Shown: piece by piece, positions 28,757 to 36,433 of the stretch
Numbering within the stretch: the first letter of the stretch is position 1
Layout of the letters: each line of letters starts with the position of its first letter
Origin: an uncultured Candidatus Sumerlaeota bacterium
GTDB lineage: Bacteria; Sumerlaeota; Sumerlaeia; SLMS01; JAHLLQ01
DNA: 64,000 nucleotides
Assembly: GCA_964580585.1 (NCBI GenBank)
Contig: CAZOKZ010000006.1
Coordinates: 45,492 to 109,491 of the forward strand
Reading direction: 5' to 3'
Notes under the pieces: generated by a model
Told to the model about the DNA's origin: nothing
The model's input: only the letters and a program-made list of their open reading frames with translations
The model's database searches: none
Made by a program: the position numbers and the translations under genes

Positions 28757-29740
28757 ATGGACCGTACTTTGATGTATCGAGTAATGTTGGCTGTCGTTTT
28801 GGTACCCCTATTGATCTCTGGACTCCAGGCGGCGGGGTCATCCTCGGAGCGCGGCAAAATCGTTGTCGTGGTTTCGTTGCCGATACTGGAAGATTTCGTC
28901 GAACAAGTCGGTGGCGATCGTGTCGAGGTTCAATGTCTGGTTCCGGCCGGAATGGACATGCATGCGTACGAAGCGTCGCCCGCCGATGTGGCGCGTGTTG
29001 CGTCGGCGGATGTCGTGGTGGTCAACGGGTTGGGACTCGAAGCGTGGATCGATAAATTGATCAGTCACTCGGGTTTCAAAGGCCCCGTTGTGGTGGCATC
29101 AAATGGATCGAAAATTTTAGAGGGGGACGGAGAGGAGCACCATCACCATGGTCACGCACACGAAGGGGACGGAGATGAGCACGACCATCATGGCAATGCA
29201 CACGAGGGGGACGGAGAACATTCCGTCGATCCACACGCCTGGATGGACGTGGCAAATGCGATTCATTACGTTGAGACGATCCGCGATGCCTTGACGTTGC
29301 AGGACCGGGAGGGGACGGAGCAATACGACGCGTGGAGTTCGCTTTACATTGCTGAGCTACGTGTATTGGATGCCTGGGTTAAACGCCAGGTAGCGCAAAT
29401 TCCCCCGGAAAAACGATGGATTGTTACGCAACATAACGCGCTGAATTATTTTTGTCACGCGTATGGGTTTAAGAGTGAATCGCTGACAGGTTTGAACAGC
29501 CTTGAAGAACCTTCGGCGAACGAATTCGCAAAATTGGTGGATGCCTTGAGGGAAAAACAGATCCCCGCGATTTTTATCGAATCGACGTTGAACAGCAAAA
29601 CCATCGATCAATTGGCAGGGGAGGCGGGTGTGAGTGTTGGAGGCAAATTGTACGTCGATAGTTTACCCGATGCACCGAACGATCATTATATTGGATTGTT
29701 CAAGCTTAACATTCGCACGCTGATTCAGGAACTCAAGTGA
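28757..29740 (+). CDS. znuA: zinc ABC transporter substrate-binding protein with His-rich loop
   Basis: Signal peptide. Cluster-9 SBP fold. His/Asp/Glu-rich insert EHHHHGHAHEGDGDEHDHHGNAHEGDGEH. Confidence 0.75.
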   Translation: MDRTLMYRVMLAVVLVPLLISGLQAAGSSSERGKIVVVVSLPILEDFVEQVGGDRVEVQCLVPAGMDMHAYEASPADVARVASADVVVVNGLGLEAWIDKLISHSGFKGPVVVASNGSKILEGDGEEHHHHGHAHEGDGDEHDHHGNAHEGDGEHSVDPHAWMDVANAIHYVETIRDALTLQDREGTEQYDAWSSLYIAELRVLDAWVKRQVAQIPPEKRWIVTQHNALNYFCHAYGFKSESLTGLNSLEEPSANEFAKLVDALREKQIPAIFIESTLNSKTIDQLAGEAGVSVGGKLYVDSLPDAPNDHYIGLFKLNIRTLIQELK

Positions 29741-30207
29741 CGTCGCGTAGAAAACTTTCCATTTGGGGATTCACCGGTTCGGCTGGTGTGCGATTGCTGG
29801 CCGTAGGCGTGTATGCCGCGTTGGCTGCCATAGCAATCGTAGCGGTTGAATCGCGTTCGGTTATGGCAACGCGCACGGAACAAACGCCCTTGAAAAAACC
29901 AATAAGCCAAGAGGCGCATTTGGCTGTTCGTTCGACATATGAAGTGGTCGATTGGCAAGTGGGGATTGGCGGTGTCAAAATCGTGCCCTCGGAGAGTGAC
30001 GCCGGAATGTGGCGTGGTACGCTCTCCGTCCCCGACGCCCAAGGCGAGGTATTGATCGAAGCGCATGGAGGCGATTTTTTTGCCGATCACGACGAGGCGT
30101 TGCAGGTTGAATTGAGCATTGGCGAACGCAAAATCACTCGTTTGTTCTGGGGCAAAGGAGACATTGTTGCCGCATTGCGTTGGGACGAGGGGGACGGAGA
30201 ACCGTGA
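29737..30207 (+). CDS. small membrane-anchored protein embedded in the znu operon
   Basis: GTG start overlaps the znuA stop (GTGA). Its stop overlaps the znuC GTG (GTGA). One N-terminal TM, then a ~110-aa domain with EAHGGDFFADHDE. Confidence 0.5.
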   Translation: MTSRRKLSIWGFTGSAGVRLLAVGVYAALAAIAIVAVESRSVMATRTEQTPLKKPISQEAHLAVRSTYEVVDWQVGIGGVKIVPSESDAGMWRGTLSVPDAQGEVLIEAHGGDFFADHDEALQVELSIGERKITRLFWGKGDIVAALRWDEGDGEP

Positions 30208-30965
30208 ACGAGGAAATTATTCGATACGACGATGTGAGTGTTTATTACGGCGATGTGAAAGCCGTCGGTCATGTGTCCGCCGATATTCATTGCGGCAGTC
30301 TGATGGCGATTGTCGGTCCGAACGGCGCAGGGAAAAGTACGCTATTGCGTGCAACGCTCGGATGGTTGCCTTTGACCACGGGGCGCATTACACTTGGTGA
30401 CGATCACATTGAACACCAACGTCCACGTCTGGCATACGTGCCGCAGCGATTAAAACTCGATTGGGATTTTCCCGCGACGGTTCGTATGGTGGTCGAACAG
30501 GGACGCTATCCATTGCTGCGGTTTTGGCGGGGTTTTACCAAAAAAGATCATGCGTTGGTCGATGCCGCGCTCGAAGAAATGGGCCTCGACAAGGTGCAGA
30601 ATCGCCAGATTGGCGAGCTTTCCGGTGGTCAGCAACAAAAGGTTTTCCTGGCGCGCGCCTTGGCTCAGGGCGCGGATATTTTTTTGCTCGATGAACCGTT
30701 CGAGGGGCTGGATGCGACAGCCATGGACGGGTTAGTGCAAACGTTACGCAGTTGGCATGGACAGCATCGGACCATTCTGGCGGTGGTGCACGATCACGCG
30801 TTGGTACGAACGGCGTTCGACCAGGCCATGTTGCTCAACACCGATCTGGTGGCGATGGGCAAGGTCGCCGAGGTCATGTCGTCGGAAAATCTGGAACGTG
30901 CCTACCCGAAAGGAACGCCGCATACGACCGCCGCGATGGCAGAAGGCGGCCATGTGCATGTCTGA
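30204..30965 (+). CDS. znuC: zinc ABC transporter ATP-binding protein
   Basis: Walker A GPNGAGKST, signature LSGGQQQKV, Walker B IFLLDEP. Confidence 0.8.
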   Translation: MNEEIIRYDDVSVYYGDVKAVGHVSADIHCGSLMAIVGPNGAGKSTLLRATLGWLPLTTGRITLGDDHIEHQRPRLAYVPQRLKLDWDFPATVRMVVEQGRYPLLRFWRGFTKKDHALVDAALEEMGLDKVQNRQIGELSGGQQQKVFLARALAQGADIFLLDEPFEGLDATAMDGLVQTLRSWHGQHRTILAVVHDHALVRTAFDQAMLLNTDLVAMGKVAEVMSSENLERAYPKGTPHTTAAMAEGGHVHV

Positions 30966-31839
30966 GTTCGTTCAGTTTTTTACCGAGCCGTTTCAGTATC
31001 AATTTATGTGGCGGGGGTTGCTGATCGCTACATTTCTAGGCATTAGTGGTGGATTGCTTGGGTGTTTGCTTGTCACGCGGCGTATGGCGTTGATGGGCGA
31101 TGCGCTTGCGCACAGTTTATTGCCTGGTGTCGGTATCGCTTACCTGTTGTTTGGGCCGGGATTGTGGTCGTTGTTTGGCGGTGCGTTGGTGGCGGGATTA
31201 TTGACTGCCGTGGGCAGCACGATTTTCAGCCGCTTGACGCGTGTGAAAGAAGACGCGGCTTTTGGCGCGCTGTTTATTTTGTTTTTTGGCTCTGGCGTTG
31301 CGCTTGTCAGTGCCACGCGTTCAGCGGTTCGTGTGGATTTATTGCACTTTTTGTTCGGTAATATTCTCGGCGTCAGTTCGTCGGACCTTTGGCTCGCGGC
31401 GGGGGCGAGCACATTGACGCTCGCGGTGTTCGCGCTTTTCTATCGCAACATTTTGATCCAATCGTTCGACCCGATTTTTTACCGCGCTTCGGGATCGAAC
31501 AACGGACTGATGCAAGCAGGCTTGCTTGCGCTGATCGTGATCAATCTTGTCGCCGCGCTTCAAGCCATGGGGATTGTGTTGGCACTCGGGTTGTTTCTTC
31601 TACCGGCGGTCACGGCGTCGCTTTGGTGCGAACGCTGGGGGGCGATGCTGGCGTTTTCTTCGGTGCTGGCCGTGGTGGGAGGAATCGTTGGTTTGCTGCT
31701 TAGTTTTCAGCTTCAAATTCCTTCGGGGCCAAGCATCGTTGGAGTGCTGGGGACGGTGATGTTACTCTCGGCGGTCTTCAGCGTTAAGCATGGAATGATG
31801 CGGTATTTCCTGCACCCCTCCAAACGGCCCACGCGGTAA
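30958..31839 (+). CDS. znuB: zinc ABC transporter permease
   Basis: MSEFVQFFTEPFQYQFMWRGL... matches the ZnuB N-terminus. 8 TM. Start overlaps the znuC stop (ATGTCTGA). Confidence 0.8.
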   Translation: MSEFVQFFTEPFQYQFMWRGLLIATFLGISGGLLGCLLVTRRMALMGDALAHSLLPGVGIAYLLFGPGLWSLFGGALVAGLLTAVGSTIFSRLTRVKEDAAFGALFILFFGSGVALVSATRSAVRVDLLHFLFGNILGVSSSDLWLAAGASTLTLAVFALFYRNILIQSFDPIFYRASGSNNGLMQAGLLALIVINLVAALQAMGIVLALGLFLLPAVTASLWCERWGAMLAFSSVLAVVGGIVGLLLSFQLQIPSGPSIVGVLGTVMLLSAVFSVKHGMMRYFLHPSKRPTR

Positions 31840-31843
31840 TTTG

Positions 31844-33220
31844 TTATAATCCAAAACTACCCACTGTGGGGAATTCTTTCCAGATCACCTCAATAACTCG
31901 GTAAGATTCATCGGGTTGTTGTTGAATCCTCAGCTTAACGATCATGATCGGTTCGCCAGCCGCTCCCATCAGGGTCGTTTCACCTACATAAATCTTTTTT
32001 TGCTCATCCTGAATCGCTGTCGTTAAGCCCGCGGCACTGCTCATCGTGCTGATGTTGCCGTTCTTTTCCCAGTTGGTGATGGATTCCAACATCGTTCGCG
32101 TCCCGTATGCGCCAGCATCCGTGGTGTAGGATAACGCCGTGGTCATATCGTGATGCACAACGGATTCGATATAGAGTTGCGCCGCGCCACTTGCTGTCTG
32201 GTCCGTTTTAGGTGTGACAAAAAGATGATGCACCAACTTGTAACCGAAAATCGCTCCGCCAATCATCGCCGCGATAACGATTAGCAGCTTCAGAAACACG
32301 ATGAAAATTTTCCCACCGCCCGATGACGACTTCGCGGGTTTGCTCTTGGTCGGTTTTACCGCTTTCCCTTTTGCGGCATTTTTATTGCGAGCCTTCGGAT
32401 TTTTCTGCATCTTGCGAAATTGCTTCAAATCCTTTTCTGCTTCGTTGCGCACCCATCGTTTAATGGCGGTGTCGAACATATGGGGAGCAAGATAATCGCT
32501 GCCTTGAAAACGATCAGCGGCTTTCAGCACTTCGATCAATTTCGGTGCGGGCAGCAATTGCTCCAGTGCCGCGATTTCATGAGGCATCTGGTAGTCGCCG
32601 GTCAGAATGTCGCTCAAAATCCAAGCCAACGAGTATGTGTCTGCGTTCATGTTGACTGGATCGGTGCTCGCCGCCAATTCCGGCGCAGTATATCGTCCGT
32701 TGGCAAGAAGCCGGGCTTGATCGGTGATACCGGGAAAAATGGGTAACAGACGCCATGGCGTGTTCGGTTTTTTCGCGTCGTAAAAAATCGTATCGGGTGT
32801 AATACCGACAGGCATAAGCGACATGTTGAACATACTGAGCAACGTTTCGCAAATCCCCGATCCCCATTTCATCAAGCTCGTGGCATCGACGACCTTCTCG
32901 TCGTTGCTGGCAAACTCGCGCAGCGTTTTACCGCCCGGGTCTTCTGTCAGCAGGTAAGGGATAGCCGTATCGGTGGAGATCTTATGGATTTGCAAGATGC
33001 CCTCGGAGGACATGATGCCTCCGGCTTTCCATTTTTCCAGATAAGGTAAAGCTTTCTTGAATCCAGCAATTCCAACCGCCGATGTGAACGCAACGAAGAG
33101 CACGGCGCCGTGCTGCTCATGTTCGGCGCGCCACACTTCGCCCCAACATTCTTCAAAAACGAATCGTTGGGTTACCAATCCCTGATCCGGAACTTCGCGT
33201 CCCGGTTGACACATCGGCAT
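31844..33220 (-). CDS. membrane protein with N-terminal Ser/Thr-kinase-like (probably pseudokinase) domain
   Basis: Kinase-like fold with APE motif (YTAPELA) and a D in the catalytic-loop position. Degenerate Gly-loop, no VAIK lysine or DFG. Then a K-rich linker, a TM (IFIVFLKLLIVIAAMIGGAIFGY) and an extracytoplasmic C-domain. Confidence 0.5.
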   Translation of the reverse strand: MPMCQPGREVPDQGLVTQRFVFEECWGEVWRAEHEQHGAVLFVAFTSAVGIAGFKKALPYLEKWKAGGIMSSEGILQIHKISTDTAIPYLLTEDPGGKTLREFASNDEKVVDATSLMKWGSGICETLLSMFNMSLMPVGITPDTIFYDAKKPNTPWRLLPIFPGITDQARLLANGRYTAPELAASTDPVNMNADTYSLAWILSDILTGDYQMPHEIAALEQLLPAPKLIEVLKAADRFQGSDYLAPHMFDTAIKRWVRNEAEKDLKQFRKMQKNPKARNKNAAKGKAVKPTKSKPAKSSSGGGKIFIVFLKLLIVIAAMIGGAIFGYKLVHHLFVTPKTDQTASGAAQLYIESVVHHDMTTALSYTTDAGAYGTRTMLESITNWEKNGNISTMSSAAGLTTAIQDEQKKIYVGETTLMGAAGEPIMIVKLRIQQQPDESYRVIEVIWKEFPTVGSFGL

Positions 33221-33306
33221 GATCTTCTCATCCCTGTGATGATGGAACTAAATCAATATTTTCTATCACGGATTTATCGCCCCGTAGCCGTCAACCCAAA
33301 CCGCAC

Positions 33307-33729
33307 TCAAGGGACCAGACGGTTGTCGATCAAATCGTCCAACACCGCCAACCACGCGTCGAATTCCTCGGTTTCCTCCCATAAATCGCGTAATTCCGAT
33401 TGCTCGCGCACGCGACGACAGGCCCCGATCGCCTTTTGGCGCAGGATTTCCTTCGACTTCAGTGTAGTGCCTTCCATCCATTCTGCCAACTCTTCGGGTA
33501 GATTTTCGCAAGGATTGCCCAATGCCAAGGCGATGACTTCAGCCGCCGCCAGCGTTTCCTGGCACTCGTGCGTTTCCAGGAAATCGTCTTCCGTCAAATC
33601 GAGTACGAACTCGAACGCCTCGTGCAACACGTCCAGGTTGCCGGTTTCGATCAAATCGTCGATGAAATCCAACGCCGCGTCGTTTCCAAAATTGCCTGTA
33701 TCGAACGATCCCATGCGGGAACCTCTCAC
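33307..33729 (-). CDS. acidic cytoplasmic protein, DUF4259-like
   Basis: N-terminus MGSFDTGNFGNDAALDFIDDL resembles the DUF4259 signature from memory. Very acidic. Confidence 0.4.
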   Translation of the reverse strand: MRGSRMGSFDTGNFGNDAALDFIDDLIETGNLDVLHEAFEFVLDLTEDDFLETHECQETLAAAEVIALALGNPCENLPEELAEWMEGTTLKSKEILRQKAIGACRRVREQSELRDLWEETEEFDAWLAVLDDLIDNRLVP

Positions 33730-33748
33730 TTTTGTGATATCTTTCGGT

Positions 33749-34588
33749 TCAAGTGCCCGGTTTATTCAGTGCGGGTCGATCAAAAACCATGCGATTCCAG
33801 TCGCTCTCGAGCGCTTCGCGTGCCACGGGTGGCAGTTCAACCGTCATGTCCATTTGAAGCAGCGACAAGGAAGCCCATTTCTCCTCCAGCGCCAGGTCGT
33901 CGCTGTTTTCGGGCTCGGGCGATGTTTCCAGATGCGCACCGACATTCGTGTAAAACCGTCGGCCATTTTCCTCGCGCGTCAAACGGATGTCATCGACGAA
34001 AAACGACGTGCCCTGGTGCGTGCACCGAATGCCACGTACATCCTCGAATGCTAAATTAGGCACGTTCAAATTCCAGAACGTGCGCGGTTTCCAATTTTGC
34101 GTCAATAACCAGGGCAGCAACCCGCGCACGACGCGCGCCGCTGTCGCGAATTTCAGCGGCGGGTCCTTCTTGTGAGAGAGCGAAACCGCCATCGCTTTCA
34201 GCCCGAACATCGTGGCTTCCAGCGTCGCCGCCACCGTGCCCGAATACCAGACCGAATTGCCGATATTGTTACCGTGATTAATGCCGCTCAAAACCAAGTC
34301 CGGTTTGAAATACGGCAACGCCTGGAGCGTGAACTTAACGCAATCGACCGGGTTGCCATCCACGGCATAGCCCCACACGCGGCCGTTTTCCGTGCGTTCC
34401 TCAACGGCCATTTCGCGATGCAGCGTCAACGAACATCCCGTGCCCGATTTCTCGCTCATGGGTGCCACAACCAACAAGTTGCACAACGGCTCGATTTCCC
34501 GCCGCAGGGTCTGCAAGCCCTTGGCATCAATGCCATCGTCGTTGGTCAGAAGAACGTTCGCGCGAGAATGGTCGATTGGGGTCGTCAA
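33749..34588 (-). CDS. surE: 5'/3'-nucleotidase SurE
   Basis: NVLLTNDDGIDAKGL and GINHGNNIGNSVWYSGTVAA motifs. Confidence 0.85.
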   Translation of the reverse strand: MTTPIDHSRANVLLTNDDGIDAKGLQTLRREIEPLCNLLVVAPMSEKSGTGCSLTLHREMAVEERTENGRVWGYAVDGNPVDCVKFTLQALPYFKPDLVLSGINHGNNIGNSVWYSGTVAATLEATMFGLKAMAVSLSHKKDPPLKFATAARVVRGLLPWLLTQNWKPRTFWNLNVPNLAFEDVRGIRCTHQGTSFFVDDIRLTREENGRRFYTNVGAHLETSPEPENSDDLALEEKWASLSLLQMDMTVELPPVAREALESDWNRMVFDRPALNKPGT

Positions 34589-34739
34589 CGGGGGAAGGCT
34601 CCTTGGCAGGTGAGTGCGTCAGCACGCGCGGGAGTTTTGTAGAGCGGGCGACGGGACACAAGGGGAGAGCGGACCCAACTTCCCCATTGACGGGAGGCGC
34701 CTGCGCGGGTGTACCTCGTGTTCAGCAATGGTACATCGG

Positions 34740-35040
34740 GCGGCAGGCTTTGCGCCGCGCGATGTTCAAGAGGGAATCCGGTGAAAATCCGGAACTGCCC
34801 CGCAGCGGTAAGTGGAAACGACCGCCGTCATGAAGCACTGGTTCGATTTGAACTGGGAAGCGACGGCCAGTAGGCCAGGAACTCCTCTCGGTTCCCAATC
34901 TCGGCGTTGCGCATCGGTCTCGGGCTCGGTCACGTACTCAAAACGTACGCTCCCATCGCCTTCGCCTCGCGCGTCTTGATCTTGGAAACCTGAGAAGTTC
35001 CGAATATAATGTCCACAAGTCCGAAGACCTGCCATTGTTC
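34740..35040 (+). promoter_or_regulatory. cobalamin (AdoCbl) riboswitch
   Basis: AGGGAATCCGGTGAAAATCCGGAACTGCCCCGCAGCGGTAAGTGG...CACTGG...ACTGGGAAG... and 3' CCGAAGACCTGCC align closely with the E. coli btuB leader. Lies 5' of the plus-strand gene starting at 35102. Confidence 0.8.
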
Positions 35041-35101
35041 CGGGCGGCGTATGCCACCCGGCAACATTCGATCACTCCTTCGTGGGAAAGGGAAGATCGC
35101 C

Positions 35102-35800
35102 ATGGTCTCTTCAAAGCTCAAACTCCGTTGTTTTACCCTGATTGAATTGCTGATTGTCGTCGCCATTGTGGCGATTCTGGCAGCGATAGCGGTCGTTAAT
35201 TTCCAGGAAGCCCAGGAGCGCGCGCTTCGCGCTTCCGATGCTGCGAACATGAAGACAATCGGCGTGGCGCTTCAGATGTACAAAACCGACTTCAATCGGC
35301 TTCCGCCTGCCGATCGCGAGGCGGGTCCGTTTATGTCGCATTACACGAGCGTTTTCGCCGTCGGCAACGGTCCGGCGGGGGGCGGTTCGTGGGATGGCGT
35401 GCCCTGGTTGTTGATCGAACGCGGGTATATCAACGACTGGAAGGTCTTGTTTTGTCCAAAGTACCTTAAACTGTATCGCAACGTCGGAACGGTAGGGGGG
35501 ACCGAGTATCCTCGGTACCATAATTTCCGTTACGCGTACAACAGTTCGGGCCTTTCTACGGGTGGCGCATTGGGCGGCGCGGGAAATGTGGAAAGCGGCA
35601 CGGTCTGGATTCTCCGCGACCTGTGGGTTCCGCCCGACAAGGGATGGTATGGTGGCGATTACCCTGATTACCCGGCGGATTTCCGTTTTCCCTGGGGGAC
35701 TGGTGATGAAGAAGACAACGTCGAACACGTGATGGGGGCCGACATGTCGGTGCGACTGGTTATAGGTGGCACGGAGGAAATTCCCGAGGTCACGAAGTAA
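35102..35800 (+). CDS. prepilin-type N-terminal cleavage/methylation domain protein, DUF1559-like
   Basis: SD GGGAAAGGGAAG. N-terminus MVSSKLKLRCFTLIELLIVVAIVAILAAIAVV is a class-III signal. The remainder is typical of the planctomycete DUF1559 family. Confidence 0.7.
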   Translation: MVSSKLKLRCFTLIELLIVVAIVAILAAIAVVNFQEAQERALRASDAANMKTIGVALQMYKTDFNRLPPADREAGPFMSHYTSVFAVGNGPAGGGSWDGVPWLLIERGYINDWKVLFCPKYLKLYRNVGTVGGTEYPRYHNFRYAYNSSGLSTGGALGGAGNVESGTVWILRDLWVPPDKGWYGGDYPDYPADFRFPWGTGDEEDNVEHVMGADMSVRLVIGGTEEIPEVTK

Positions 35801-35960
35801 TCACCGCCTGCTGTGTTAGCGCTTTTACTTTCTCTCTCCTTCCTGCTTGCATCCGCGTGGGGGAGGGCTGAAAGATTCCCGTCGATTTGACCCCGCGTGG
35901 GCGACAAGGGGTATTTCCGTGGATGATCCGCAAGCAGCCAATGATCGCTTGGCGACCAAA

Positions 35961-36233
35961 ATGATGCGCATGGATATCAATCGTATCCTTCAGCGTTGGG
36001 ACCCGTTGTGTATCAAGGGCCTGCCTGGCGCGGACCGTGAGTACGAGCAATACATTGGTCCGTTGCTGATCATGGTGAAGAAACAATCCGACATGATGGA
36101 AATCGCACGCCATCTCGATCAATTGATGACCGAAACGTGGCGTTTGCCGCGCAACAAGCAGCAATGCGTTGATGTGGCGCGCAAGATTTACAACGTCGGG
36201 TCGATCTTTCGCGGCGAAACTACCACCGAGTAA
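35961..36233 (+). CDS. small hypothetical protein
   Basis: ORF only (MMRMDINRILQRWDPLCIKGLPGADREYEQY...). Start chosen at the internal Met. Confidence 0.3.
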   Translation: MMRMDINRILQRWDPLCIKGLPGADREYEQYIGPLLIMVKKQSDMMEIARHLDQLMTETWRLPRNKQQCVDVARKIYNVGSIFRGETTTE

Positions 36234-36234
36234 G

Positions 36235-36400
36235 CTTTAAAGATTTTTGCCACAGAGGACATAGAGTTCACTGAGAGTCAAAATTCGCTCGTATGCGAAT
36301 TCCCAGACGACCGATTTCATAGATGAACGAAAAACTCTTTGAATCGAACACAAAACCCTCTGTGATCTCTGTGCGCTCTGTTGCATTTTTTTTGTCTCTC
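36235..36400. repeat. MITE-like repeat element, copy B (inverted relative to copy A)
   Basis: Termini GCCACAGAGGACATAGAGTTCACTGAGAG ... CCCTCTGTGATCTCTGTGCGCTCTGTTGCA match the copy A termini in reverse complement. Confidence 0.45.
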
Positions 36401-36433
36401 CACCCCTGTATTTCCTAACGAGAAGGATTTCCG

